DNA from: Candidatus Aenigmatarchaeota archaeon
GTDB taxonomy: Archaea > Aenigmatarchaeota > Aenigmatarchaeia > CG10238-14 > SCSR01
Assembly: GCA_038998585.1 (NCBI GenBank)
Contig: JAVZGQ010000004.1
Span: forward strand, 260 to 64,259
Reading direction: 5' to 3'
DNA length: 64,000 nucleotides
Part shown: positions 9,314 through 18,400 of the stretch, piece by piece
Position numbering within the stretch: position 1 is the first letter of the stretch
Layout of the letters: the number at the start of each line of letters is the position of its first letter
Notes under the pieces: model-generated
What the model was told of the DNA's origin: nothing
Databases searched by the model: none
What the model saw: the letters and a program-made list of their open reading frames with translations, nothing else
Position numbers and translations under genes: made by a program

Positions 9314-10351
9314 TTAGGATACATTTTCAATATTTAAAAGGTTTTTTAATTCTTCTAAAATTTTTGTTTTGACTTCTTTTTCTTTTTTTCTATCTATTAT
9401 TCCTGCTCCAGCAGCTTCATGCCCACCACCGATCCCAAGCTTTCTAAATAATTCACCAATATCAATTTTTTTATCACCACTCCTTCCGTGAATTTTAACA
9501 CCTTTCTCAACTTCCTCAAAAATAAAAATTATCTTTTCTGGGTTTTTTGTCGATAATTTCGTGATAATTGCTGAACATATTCCCTTGTACTTTGGTTTGA
9601 TTTTTGATATTAAAATTTCACCATAGATTTCAAGATTTTTCTTATACTCCTTTTTACATCTCAAAAATTCGTAATTGAATTTTTTTGAGGCAGTGATAAT
9701 TTCTCGATTTTTTAATAATTCTTTCAAATTTTTAAGACCAACAAGAATTTCCAAAGTTTTTTCCGAACCTAAGACTGAGATAGAGTTGTTTAAAAAAATA
9801 GCGGCCCTGCCAAAATTGTTTTTCCAAATGTTTTTTTTGTTTTTAATCTTTACCAAGTCTTTACAATCTTCAATCCCGAAATCTCCAACTGTTCCAACAA
9901 TCGCAACCCACTTTTTTTCTTTAACTAAATCTGAGAACATTTTATAAATAACATAACTTGTCGGCTGATAGATTTTTGGATTTTCTAGCCTAGGATTTAT
10001 TAAAACCACTTTTTTAGAATTTAAATCTTTTCCAGGGTGATGATCAATTATCAACATATTTTTTCTTAAGCTTAGCAAATGTTTTTCAATCAAGTCTGTT
10101 GGTACATCGACTGTAATTATTTTTTTAAATCTCTTAAGCTCAGTTTTTAACTTTTCTATTTTAGTGAATCCTGTTTCTATACACTTCACTTTCTTTTTCA
10201 TTTTTTTAAGAACAAAAAGAGAAAGTGTGGCTGAACACAGGCCATCTGCATCTGCATCATAGACCAAAACAACCTTTTCCCCCCCTTTAATATTTTCAAT
10301 AAACTTTCTTCCTTTCTCAAGCAAATGTTCAAACTTTTTCAGCACATTCAC
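9314..10351 (-). CDS. DHH/DHHA1 phosphoesterase (RecJ/GAN-like)
   Basis: 345 aa; DADADGLCSA, IIDHHPG and GGGHEAAGAG motifs. Confidence 0.8.
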   Translation of the reverse strand: MNVLKKFEHLLEKGRKFIENIKGGEKVVLVYDADADGLCSATLSLFVLKKMKKKVKCIETGFTKIEKLKTELKRFKKIITVDVPTDLIEKHLLSLRKNMLIIDHHPGKDLNSKKVVLINPRLENPKIYQPTSYVIYKMFSDLVKEKKWVAIVGTVGDFGIEDCKDLVKIKNKKNIWKNNFGRAAIFLNNSISVLGSEKTLEILVGLKNLKELLKNREIITASKKFNYEFLRCKKEYKKNLEIYGEILISKIKPKYKGICSAIITKLSTKNPEKIIFIFEEVEKGVKIHGRSGDKKIDIGELFRKLGIGGGHEAAGAGIIDRKKEKEVKTKILEELKNLLNIENVS

Positions 10352-10955
10352 CTTTAAGTTTTTTTAAGGTTTCCTCATCAAGGATAAGCAACTCCAGTGG
10401 TTGTTCTCTTGGTGTAGAAAGATAAAACTCAATCATGGATGCAAGAGTATCTGCATAATGTAAGATTAAAGCTTCAAAATTTCTTGGAGGTGTTGGCCCA
10501 CTTTCACCAAAATGCGAAGCTACGATATGAATAACATCTTCAGGAAACCCCCTGTAATAAAGTTCGGCCACAGCCAGCATAGAATGATCGAGTAAAATTC
10601 CAGTATGTCTAACTTCTTTATTTTCAATCTTCCATTCAAAAACTTTCATTATATCATGTAATAGAGCTCCAGCTATCAAGTAATCGGTATTTATTGGTAT
10701 ACCATAATTTTTTTCCAAGCTTTCTGCAATTTTAATACAAAGCTCAGTTACAGATAAAATATGTTTCAACAAGTCAGCTCTTTCTACAGTTCCACGACCA
10801 GCTACTGTGAAGGGAGTTCTTACGTTTTCTATTTCTTCTTTCGGGTATTTTTTAAATTCTTCGTGAGAGAGTGCGGGGTCTTTTAAAAATTCAACTACTT
10901 TCTTTCTCAATTTTTCATCTTTTATTTTTTGCGCAATCTCAATCAAACTTTTCAT
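10329..10955 (-). CDS. HD-domain phosphohydrolase
   Basis: 208 aa; LLHDIMK and further His/Asp residues of the HD superfamily; 23-nt overlap with the downstream DHH gene. Confidence 0.65.
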   Translation of the reverse strand: MKSLIEIAQKIKDEKLRKKVVEFLKDPALSHEEFKKYPKEEIENVRTPFTVAGRGTVERADLLKHILSVTELCIKIAESLEKNYGIPINTDYLIAGALLHDIMKVFEWKIENKEVRHTGILLDHSMLAVAELYYRGFPEDVIHIVASHFGESGPTPPRNFEALILHYADTLASMIEFYLSTPREQPLELLILDEETLKKLKGECAEKV

Positions 10956-10966
10956 TAAATCCCTTT

Positions 10967-11248
10967 TTAACCAAACAACGAACTTAAACCAGCTGCTGCT
11001 TCTTCAGCCTTTTTCCCCGCATCTTCTTCTTTCTCTTTCTTCTCTTCTGTAGTTGTAGGAGCAGATACAGCTATTGCAGCTTGTTGAATAGCCTCATCTA
11101 TATTCACACCCTCCAAACTAGCAACCAAGGCTTTAACCTTTGCCTCATCTACAGTCACACCTGCAGCTTCTAAGACCTTTTTTACGTTCTCTTCTGTGAT
11201 TGGACGTTTTGCTTGATGAAGCAGCAATGCCGAATATACATATTCCAT
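10967..11248 (-). CDS. rpl12: 50S ribosomal stalk protein P1 (L12e)
   Basis: 93 aa; [12 protein letters not shown]-terminus and acidic tail ending GLSSLFG. Confidence 0.9.
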   Translation of the reverse strand: MEYVYSALLLHQAKRPITEENVKKVLEAAGVTVDEAKVKALVASLEGVNIDEAIQQAAIAVSAPTTTEEKKEKEEDAGKKAEEAAAGLSSLFG

Positions 11249-11252
11249 TAAC

Positions 11253-12011
11253 TTACACCCCCATTTTTTCTATAGCCTTTGCATTATAAAAGGCTTTAAT
11301 CAATAAAAGTTTGATTGTTTCTTTTGTTGGATAAGATGCGTTTACGGAAAGATTTATAGCATATTGGTGTGCAACACTTAACTTATTTGGAAATGTTTCA
11401 ACAAGCTCCAAAATTTCTTTTGGATAAATCTTACCACCTTCATAAAAACACATTACATCTAAAGATATAGAGATTGGTTTAATCTCAAGTTTTCTCAAAG
11501 CATTTGCGACATCTTTTGATATAACATTTCCCTTCTTTACAAGAGTGACAGTTTTTTTTATCGCTATCTTGCCTTCTTCTACTCCGGCCGGAATTCCAGC
11601 TTTAGTCAACTCACTTATAACAGGACCTGCTAAAAGGCTTGTAGGTCCAGCAGGAACAATTATATCGTTTGGGGCAACATCAAATTCTTTTGCAAAAGTC
11701 TCGAATTTAGAAGAAGTAAGCTTGTAATAAGATTTGAAAGCATCTTGCTTCATGAAAACTACTGCTGGTTGATTTGGGACAAATTTTTCCAATTCACTAA
11801 TGTTTTCCTTTTTGGTTTCTCTTATTGCAAAAAGAAGAGTGCTCTTTTTAGTAGCTTTTATAATTCCGACATCTCTTATAACTTTCCTTATTTCTTGTAA
11901 TTCTTTACTAGGAAATTTATAAAGATTAATTATGCCAATAACAGGATATTCTTCTATCATTTTTTTTAATTCTTCCACTTTTTTTATCTTCTCTTCTTTA
12001 ACCATTTTCAC
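11253..12011 (-). CDS. rpl10: 50S ribosomal stalk protein P0 (L10), short form lacking the acidic C-terminal tail
   Basis: 252 aa; L10 N-domain, position between L1 and P1 genes; ends ...AIEKMGV with no P-protein tail. Confidence 0.85.
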   Translation of the reverse strand: MKMVKEEKIKKVEELKKMIEEYPVIGIINLYKFPSKELQEIRKVIRDVGIIKATKKSTLLFAIRETKKENISELEKFVPNQPAVVFMKQDAFKSYYKLTSSKFETFAKEFDVAPNDIIVPAGPTSLLAGPVISELTKAGIPAGVEEGKIAIKKTVTLVKKGNVISKDVANALRKLEIKPISISLDVMCFYEGGKIYPKEILELVETFPNKLSVAHQYAINLSVNASYPTKETIKLLLIKAFYNAKAIEKMGV

Positions 12012-12625
12012 ACCTCAATTTTAACAGGTTTACTCATGGTTAGTTTAAGCAATACCATTTTTATATTTTGAATACCCCTAGGTAATTTTGCTTGAATGGC
12101 TTTCAAAACACTCTCCACATTTTCAGCAATTTCTTCGTCTTTCATATTTTCTTTACCAACAGCGCATTGAATCACAGGAGCATCTTTTATCCTTATCCTC
12201 ACAACTTTTTTATAGTCTTCAACTATTTTGTTTGCATTACCACTGATTATTTTAGGTAGTTTTCCTTTAGGCCCCATGTATTGTCCAAAAACCTTTCCAA
12301 CTAAAACCATCATTTTTGGTTCAGCTAAGAAAAAGTCAACATCCCTTACCAATTTTTTGGCTAGTCTTTTATTTTTAGAATATTTTTCTATGTCACTGCT
12401 TGTTAAAACTTCACAATCAAGTTCTTTTAAAGTATCTGAAAAAACAACAATCTTAGCTTCTTCACCCCTCCCATTTGGCAATATAACGTCTTCGGTGAAT
12501 TTATTTTCGGGTTTTTTTATATCAAATTCTTTTAAGGAGACTATGAGATCAAAAGTTTGTGGGAAATTTCTTTTTTTAGAATTTTTCCTCAATTCCTCAA
12601 TAGCTTTCAAAATTTTTTCTCTCAT
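12008..12625 (-). CDS. rpl1: 50S ribosomal protein L1
   Basis: 205 aa; conserved L1 pattern and operon position. Confidence 0.9.
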   Translation of the reverse strand: MREKILKAIEELRKNSKKRNFPQTFDLIVSLKEFDIKKPENKFTEDVILPNGRGEEAKIVVFSDTLKELDCEVLTSSDIEKYSKNKRLAKKLVRDVDFFLAEPKMMVLVGKVFGQYMGPKGKLPKIISGNANKIVEDYKKVVRIRIKDAPVIQCAVGKENMKDEEIAENVESVLKAIQAKLPRGIQNIKMVLLKLTMSKPVKIEV

Positions 12626-12674
12626 TTAATACCCTCCTGCCTAAGCAGTGAAGCGGGTTATTTCTACTTTATCT

Positions 12675-13190
12675 TTAAGATTTAAAAAGATTATCATATT
12701 TGCCTTCTTCAACTTCTTTTAAAACTTCTTTTGCCTTTTTACCCTCAACAGTCACAGGCATGCTTACAACTGTACCAAGAACAACTTTGACTGCAGTTTT
12801 AAGATCCTTCACCTGCATATTTTCGATTTTCATTTTTGCAATTTTAACACATTGTTCCATACTCAAATTGCCTATAGGACCAGTTTCTTTTTTTTCACTC
12901 TCTGCTGGAGTAGTAGACTCTTTTTTCCCTTCCTTTACTATGCCCAATTCCTTCTTTATCAGACTTGAGACAGGTGGAAGACCCACTTCAATGCTATATT
13001 CCTTAGTTTTTTTATCGATAATCAATTTAACAGGAACTTGTATTCCGCTATATTCTTTTGTTTTTTCATTGATTTGTTTGAAAACTTCCCCTATGTTTAT
13101 TTTATAAGAGCTTAATTTTGGAGCAGTGGTTGGTCCAGGCGAGGCCTTGCCGCCTTCTACTAATAATTTAATAACTTCTTTTTCTGACAT
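12675..13190 (-). CDS. rpl11: 50S ribosomal protein L11
   Basis: 171 aa; GGKASPGPTTAPKL N-domain motif and operon position. Confidence 0.9.
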   Translation of the reverse strand: MSEKEVIKLLVEGGKASPGPTTAPKLSSYKINIGEVFKQINEKTKEYSGIQVPVKLIIDKKTKEYSIEVGLPPVSSLIKKELGIVKEGKKESTTPAESEKKETGPIGNLSMEQCVKIAKMKIENMQVKDLKTAVKVVLGTVVSMPVTVEGKKAKEVLKEVEEGKYDNLFKS

Positions 13191-13631
13191 TTATTTCCCA
13201 GCCTTTTCTAATAACTTTACAAACTCAACACTTACTGTTATTGGGATTGGTACAACAGCTTCTATTAGTTCTATCGTGACTTCCCTTTTTAATTTGTCAT
13301 ATCTAGTTACTTTTCCTTTTTCATCTTTGAAAGGCCCGCCAATGATTTCAACAATATCTCCAACATTTAGATCAACTTCTACAGTTTTTGGTTGTAGGAA
13401 TTTTTGGACTTCTTTCAAATCTATAGGTCTTTTTATGAGGCCTCTTATATGCGGGATCATCTGAACTGCCATTTCAATATCTTTTATATCACCTTCGACA
13501 AAAACATATCCTTTTATCTCTTCTGGATGGAAAAGGCTTTGAATGTTTAAATTTTCTACTTTAGCTTTGGCTGCTATAGACTCCATTACAATATTTTCTC
13601 TTCCGATAACAGTTTTAATGCCATAAATCAT
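13191..13631 (-). CDS. spt5: transcription elongation factor Spt5 (NusG)
   Basis: NGN domain plus KOW (GDIVEIIGGPFKDEKGKV); start moved to MIYGIKT (ATG 13631) because the longer track ORF overlaps secE. Confidence 0.85.
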   Translation of the reverse strand: MIYGIKTVIGRENIVMESIAAKAKVENLNIQSLFHPEEIKGYVFVEGDIKDIEMAVQMIPHIRGLIKRPIDLKEVQKFLQPKTVEVDLNVGDIVEIIGGPFKDEKGKVTRYDKLKREVTIELIEAVVPIPITVSVEFVKLLEKAGK

Positions 13632-13639
13632 ATGCACCA

Positions 13640-13831
13640 CTACAAACCAAGAATTATCGATATTATATAAATAATTAGCCCTATCACTCCAAGAATAGCT
13701 ACACCAATAATACAAATTTTAAAGGTTTCCAAAAACTTACTTCTGCTTGGGGTTTTGTTTAATTTTATAACTCGAATGTAATCTTTTAATTTTTCTTTTA
13801 TATTCAACTTCATAGGTGACACCAAAATCAA
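13640..13831 (-). CDS. secE: protein translocase subunit SecE (Sec61 gamma)
   Basis: 63 aa, single C-terminal TM, conserved position between ftsZ and spt5. Confidence 0.8.
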   Translation of the reverse strand: MILVSPMKLNIKEKLKDYIRVIKLNKTPSRSKFLETFKICIIGVAILGVIGLIIYIISIILGL

Positions 13832-14916
13832 TCAACAAAGTCTATTCCTAATATTTTTTCTATATCTTTTCTATCTTCTTTGCTCCATTTTTTCGTCGGC
13901 CCAAATATTTGTGGCGATTTAACACCTGTTATCACGAGCATTGCTCTTAAAGTTTCGCCTAACTCTTTAGCTATTTGTGCTCCCCAAATTATTTTTGCGT
14001 CAGGTGAAAGTTTTGTGGAAACAGATTCAACTATTTGTTGGGCTTCCCTTATAGTTACATCAGGCCCACCAATGACATTTATCAAGGCCCCGGTTGCACC
14101 ATTTATATCAACTGTTATCAAGGGGTTGTTTAAAGCTCTTTCAACAGCTTCAACCGCTCTGTTTTCAGTATCACTTTCGCCTACACCAATCATTGCCAAT
14201 CCTCCATTTTTCATTATACCTCTCACATCAGCAAAATCAAGGTTAACCAAACCAGGTTTTGTAACGAGCTCAGCAATTCCTTTCACAGCGTTGACTAAAA
14301 CTTCATCACAGATTTTGAAAGCTGTCACTAAAGAAACATCCGGAACAACTTCCAAAAGTTTATCATTTGGTATAACTATCATGGTATCAATATGGTCTTC
14401 CAAATTCTCCAAACCTTCTCTTGCATTTGCCATTCTTTGCTTGCCTTCCATGCTAAATGGTAAAGTTACGACAGCAATTGAGAGTATTCCCAATTTGTTT
14501 GCTATTTCTGCAACAACAGGCAAACTTCCTGTTCCAGTACCTCCACCAAGTCCACAAGTCAAGAAAACCATGTCAGCCCCCTGTAAAGCTTTTTTTATTT
14601 CTTCCTTACTTTCTCTTGCAGCTTCCATCCCAACTTTAGGATCGCCACCTGCGCCTAAACCAGAGGTAAGTTCCTTTCCGATTAAGATTTTTTTGTCAGA
14701 GTCTGTGTAAAGCAAATCTTGGGCATCTGTGTTTATTGCTATAGTTTCAGCACCAACAATACCAACTTGCATTAGTCTTGTTATCGTATTGTTTCCAGCA
14801 CCACCAGCACCCACAACTTTTATTTGAGTCTTTCGACTCTCCAGAATTGATCTAATTTCTTCGTCAATTTCTTTTACTCTCTCAGAAGGTTTTTCGATGA
14901 GATGTCTTACTCCCAT
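13828..14916 (-). CDS. ftsZ: cell division GTPase FtsZ
   Basis: 362 aa; GAGGAGNN and tubulin signature [10 protein letters not shown]. Confidence 0.95.
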   Translation of the reverse strand: MGVRHLIEKPSERVKEIDEEIRSILESRKTQIKVVGAGGAGNNTITRLMQVGIVGAETIAINTDAQDLLYTDSDKKILIGKELTSGLGAGGDPKVGMEAARESKEEIKKALQGADMVFLTCGLGGGTGTGSLPVVAEIANKLGILSIAVVTLPFSMEGKQRMANAREGLENLEDHIDTMIVIPNDKLLEVVPDVSLVTAFKICDEVLVNAVKGIAELVTKPGLVNLDFADVRGIMKNGGLAMIGVGESDTENRAVEAVERALNNPLITVDINGATGALINVIGGPDVTIREAQQIVESVSTKLSPDAKIIWGAQIAKELGETLRAMLVITGVKSPQIFGPTKKWSKEDRKDIEKILGIDFVD

Positions 14917-14958
14917 TTTATCCCTCTTTTAAATTATTCAAAAATTAAAAATAAATTC

Positions 14959-15621
14959 TTATTCGCTTTTTTTCTTAAAAACAATCACAAATTTTACTGT
15001 ATCTACCTCTTCAATCCATTTGATTATTTGCGAGGCTATGGCGGATTTAACTCTGCCTTCAATTTCAGTTTTTGTTTCAATCTCAACTTCCTTTTCTTTA
15101 ACTTTTACATTAAAATCCTCCAATCCCGTGAAATAATCAACTATGGCCTTTACCTTTTCTTCTATATCCTCAACTTTTTTCACAATTTCAACTTCATATT
15201 CCAAACTTTTACCAGCTAAAGGATGATTAAAATCAACTTTTACTCTACCACCATCAATACTTATTACTTTCCCTCTTAAGTTGTTAACCATTACATAAGA
15301 TCCTGACACAACTTTAACATCTTGCTCTTTGAATTTAGCTTCTGGTATTAGCTTTACTAATTCTTCGCTTCTTTCACCAAAAGCTTTTTCTGGTGGTATC
15401 AAGACCCTTTTCTTTTCCCCAACATTCATCTCTTTTATCTCTTCATTTAAACCAAGTATCGTGAATCCGGCATCTACTATTATCGGTAAAGGACCATATT
15501 TAATTCTTTCATTAAAAATTCCTGCTTCTTTGGCAACTTCCTCTTTTGTGGTGTCAAAAATTTCACCAGTATCACTTATTTTAGCAGTATATTCAATGTA
15601 AACAAAATCGCCCGATTTCAT
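14959..15621 (-). CDS. FKBP-type peptidyl-prolyl cis-trans isomerase (archaeal long type with IF insert)
   Basis: 220 aa; GDFVYIEYTAKISDTGEIFDTT...HPLAGKSLEYEVEIV. Confidence 0.85.
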   Translation of the reverse strand: MKSGDFVYIEYTAKISDTGEIFDTTKEEVAKEAGIFNERIKYGPLPIIVDAGFTILGLNEEIKEMNVGEKKRVLIPPEKAFGERSEELVKLIPEAKFKEQDVKVVSGSYVMVNNLRGKVISIDGGRVKVDFNHPLAGKSLEYEVEIVKKVEDIEEKVKAIVDYFTGLEDFNVKVKEKEVEIETKTEIEGRVKSAIASQIIKWIEEVDTVKFVIVFKKKSE

Positions 15622-15767
15622 TTTATCATCTTTTTACCATAACATAGTTTACAAAATGGAGTGTCTTCAACAACACAGTTGGGGCAAACCAAAGATCCAC
15701 AACCATGACATTTGAATAAAGCTATTGAATACTTCTTACAACTTTGACAAACACCACCAACTACCAA
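15618..15767 (-). CDS. possible small 4xCxxC zinc-ribbon protein, start uncertain
   Basis: Frame open 15809..15618. Encodes CQSC..CHGC..CPNC..CKLC. Its TGA overlaps the FKBP ATG (ATGA). No ATG; nearest candidate start is TTG at 15767. Confidence 0.35.
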   Translation of the reverse strand: MVVGGVCQSCKKYSIALFKCHGCGSLVCPNCVVEDTPFCKLCYGKKMIK

Positions 15768-16048
15768 AAAATCACCTTTGTAGAGATTGTGGTCACAAAT
15801 ATAAATAAATTAGTATTGTAAACTTAATCTAATTATTGAATTGTTCAAAATTTCTTCATCTAATAGAATACTTTACTAGTATCCTTGCTATGCTCTGGAG
15901 AGATTTAGGAGAAGAATTTTGAATAGTTTCTATGCAGGGGCGAACTTGTTAAACTAACACAATGCAGAGTTTAGTAGAAGTATGGTTAATAAATATTTAA
16001 AGTTTCATTTAAACAACATTTTTATCATTACTTTTTCTTAAACTAATT

Positions 16049-16945
16049 ATGGCAAGAAAGCGGAGATGGAAAATAGACCCATTAACTGGAATAAGATATG
16101 AAAGAGGAAGCTTAATGGATATAGTAAGTAGAGCTGAAAGAAATCTTACCAAAGGATTTGACTTCACTTATAACAGACCATTTAAATGTAAGCCAAGAAG
16201 TTACAGAAGAGAACGATATGAATACGAAGGTATTGACCTAAGCCAACTTCCACCATGGGCTCAGGCTTTAGTCGCAGTTATAATTCTAGCAGCATTGTTT
16301 TGGATTTTTGTTTTACCATCACTAGTCAATTGGGTTCAGCAAAATTGGATTTCCATTTCTATAGTCGGTCTTATTATCATCTTTATTGGGGCATTTATTT
16401 TGGCAAGAATGTGGAAGCAAAAGAAAATAAGGGAAGCTAAGAAAAGGGCATTTGAGCAAGAACAAATTAGCAAAGGTTTAGTAAAATTTGTTGACAGGCA
16501 TGGAAATGAAAAGTGGGGTAAACCTAAAGAAGTGGAGAGATGGAAAAAGGAAGATGAAGAAGCAAAAGAAAAAGAGAGTTTGTTCTATAGAGTTGTGAAA
16601 GAAATTGAAGAATTTACACCAGCTAAAGAAGAGCTTAGACATGAATATAACTATCAACTTAACTTACATGGTTGGTTAAAAAGGACATTTCCATCAGCAG
16701 TTATTGAAAAACAAAAAGGATCTTCAAGACCTGATATTGTAGTTGACAAAATAGCAATAGAAATTAAAGGACCTACTGGAAGAGCGGAATTAGAAACAAT
16801 TGCAAGTAAAGCTATGCGATATTTACATTATTATGAAGGATTAATTGTTGTTCTTTTTGAACTGAAGGTTAGCCCACAATACTATCAAGAATGGCTAGAA
16901 GGATTGAAAAGATACTTCCCTAATGTAAGAGTGATAGTAAAATAG
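16049..16945 (+). CDS. membrane-anchored protein with C-terminal PD-(D/E)xK nuclease-like motif
   Basis: 298 aa; two TM helices (about aa 70-120), charged coiled region, C-terminal RPDIVVDKIAIEIKG (PD...ExK). Confidence 0.4.
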   Translation: MARKRRWKIDPLTGIRYERGSLMDIVSRAERNLTKGFDFTYNRPFKCKPRSYRRERYEYEGIDLSQLPPWAQALVAVIILAALFWIFVLPSLVNWVQQNWISISIVGLIIIFIGAFILARMWKQKKIREAKKRAFEQEQISKGLVKFVDRHGNEKWGKPKEVERWKKEDEEAKEKESLFYRVVKEIEEFTPAKEELRHEYNYQLNLHGWLKRTFPSAVIEKQKGSSRPDIVVDKIAIEIKGPTGRAELETIASKAMRYLHYYEGLIVVLFELKVSPQYYQEWLEGLKRYFPNVRVIVK

Positions 16946-16976
16946 TTTAGTAGGCGCGAATTAATTTTTCAAAGCT

Positions 16977-17222
16977 TTATTCAAACAAAATTGTATTTTG
17001 TGCTTTCATTGCTATAGTTCTAGTATAAACTAACGTTCCGATAATTACTCTGTAAAATTCTTTTCTTTCTTCCTTGCTCATCCTCTCATATTGTTTGAAA
17101 TACTCCTCACTAGTCCTAATTTTTGCAATTATTTCAGCTAGACTTATAGTCAAACACCTTTTGCACAAGTTTGTATCTAGTTTTCTCTTACACTTTATAC
17201 ATCTTCTCTTTGTTTTTACCAT
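16977..17222 (-). CDS. small zinc-finger protein
   Basis: 81 aa; CIKCKRKLDTNLCKRC. Confidence 0.35.
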   Translation of the reverse strand: MVKTKRRCIKCKRKLDTNLCKRCLTISLAEIIAKIRTSEEYFKQYERMSKEERKEFYRVIIGTLVYTRTIAMKAQNTILFE

Positions 17223-17268
17223 ACGAAAATCGACCTACTCTATACCAGGCATACACCTATGCTATTCT

Positions 17269-17511
17269 CTAAACTGTGCTCTGAGTTCCATTTCTATTTT
17301 CTTCTTTTATAATCTTCCACCAGAAAGGATCTATAGGTTTCATGATATTCCATTTAGATAAATTTTGTTTGATGTTTGTGATAACATAGCTGCTAATTCC
17401 AAATTTTTTACCAATCTCTTTTTCAAGAACTGTTGCAGGTACTTTTTCTTCATAACCTTTCTCTATTAAAACATTTCTAAGCTCTTCCAAATCCTTCAAT
17501 TTTAATGTCAT
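17269..17511 (-). CDS. small hypothetical protein (possible HTH)
   Basis: 80 aa; 4-nt overlap with the upstream ORF. Confidence 0.3.
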   Translation of the reverse strand: MTLKLKDLEELRNVLIEKGYEEKVPATVLEKEIGKKFGISSYVITNIKQNLSKWNIMKPIDPFWWKIIKEENRNGTQSTV

Positions 17512-17939
17512 AGATACTCACCTTTACCTAAGACGCCTTTCTCTTTAAGGAAAGCGATTAACTTCCATAGCTTATTTTGAGTGTAAGAATTGTTCTTTTC
17601 AATTTTAGCTATTCTGTCATCAAAATTTTGCCTCATTTCCTTTAGCTCATTCTTATTCTGTAGAATTGTTTTGATTCCAACCTCAATAGCTCTTGACCAT
17701 TTTATCCTATTGGCTTTAGCCATTTCGTATAGTTCTTTAGAAACAGAAGTTGTTATCCTTAAAGAAAATTTATTTTTATTTTTTATTTTTTGTACAGAAC
17801 TTTCATTGTTATCATTATCAGAAGTATGTATTTTTACGTAATTATTACATATTTTTTCATTGCTACTATAAAGATCCTTATCATAAAAAATAAAAAATTT
17901 TTCTTGATTATCATTTTTATTGCTTATTTCCATTTTCAT
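17508..17939 (-). CDS. hypothetical protein with Asn-rich N-terminus and ribbon-helix-helix-like segment
   Basis: 143 aa; LRITTSVSKELYEMAKANRIKWSRAIEVGIKTIL resembles an RHH fold. Confidence 0.35.
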   Translation of the reverse strand: MKMEISNKNDNQEKFFIFYDKDLYSSNEKICNNYVKIHTSDNDNNESSVQKIKNKNKFSLRITTSVSKELYEMAKANRIKWSRAIEVGIKTILQNKNELKEMRQNFDDRIAKIEKNNSYTQNKLWKLIAFLKEKGVLGKGEYL

Positions 17940-17992
17940 CCTCTTTCTCTAACCATTGTTTTAACAGTGCCAAAGTCTTAGATAAAAATTCC

Positions 17993-18211
17993 TCACTCAT
18001 CAACCTCACCACATTCCTTTCTAATCAAAGTCCTGATTGCATCAGCTTTGGTAGAATACTTACCAGAAGCTACTAAATTCTCCAATTTCTCGTAATCAGA
18101 AAGCGTTAACTCAACAAATAGACCTTTGAATTTTCTTCTAAATATTTTTCTTAACATATACCTACCATATAACTGTATGGCTACCAAAATAGGCCCCATT
18201 TTGCGGTGCAT
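17993..18211 (-). CDS. ribbon-helix-helix (CopG/Arc-like) DNA-binding protein
   Basis: LFVELTLSDYEKLENLVASGKYSTKADAIRTLIRKE; true start may be the internal Met at 18157. Confidence 0.45.
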   Translation of the reverse strand: MHRKMGPILVAIQLYGRYMLRKIFRRKFKGLFVELTLSDYEKLENLVASGKYSTKADAIRTLIRKECGEVDE

Positions 18212-18226
18212 TACAATAGAACAGGA

Positions 18227-18375
18227 TGCAGGGGGTGGGATTCGAACCCACGAAGGGACTAACCCAGCAGGTTCCTTCTTTCATCTTAAATCAAAGCTTA
18301 AGGGTTAGTGTGCATCTTAAGCACCGCCGAGTGCAAAAGCACTCTCTGCCGCCTTTTCCGCTTGGCTACCCCTGC
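18227..18375 (-). tRNA. tRNA-Leu (anticodon UAA) with two insertions: 23 nt at 30/31 (18323..18345) and 43 nt at 37/38 (18273..18315)
   Basis: 149 nt. Acceptor GCAGGGG/CCCCTGC, D arm GCCAAGCGGAAAAGGC, long variable arm TGGGTTAGTCCCTTC, T arm GTGGG-TTCGAAT-CCCAC. Removing 66 nt gives a perfect arm GCAGG-CTTAAGA-CCTGC. Confidence 0.75.
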
Positions 18376-18400
18376 CTAATTCTTAAATTTAACTTAAAAA

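Larger units (their letters stand above)
15932..18234. mobile_element. possible decayed integrated element abutting the 3' end of tRNA-Leu
   Basis: ATGCAGGGG at 15932..15940 repeats the last 9 nt at the tRNA-Leu 3' end (18226..18234), followed by CGAAC as in the T arm. The enclosed genes are small RHH/zinc-finger/HTH-like ORFs. No integrase. Confidence 0.25.

Noticed and set aside
13880-14710. 276-aa plus-strand ORF, with similar long ORFs at 43706..44362, 12228..12629, 12700..13107, 47900..48379 and 41948..42316
   Set aside because: They lie antisense to strongly conserved genes (ftsZ, rpoA', L1, L11, rpoB'', L30e/nusA). Their translations are low-complexity Ser/Phe/Leu-rich, as expected for the reverse strand of Lys/Glu-rich AT-rich genes.
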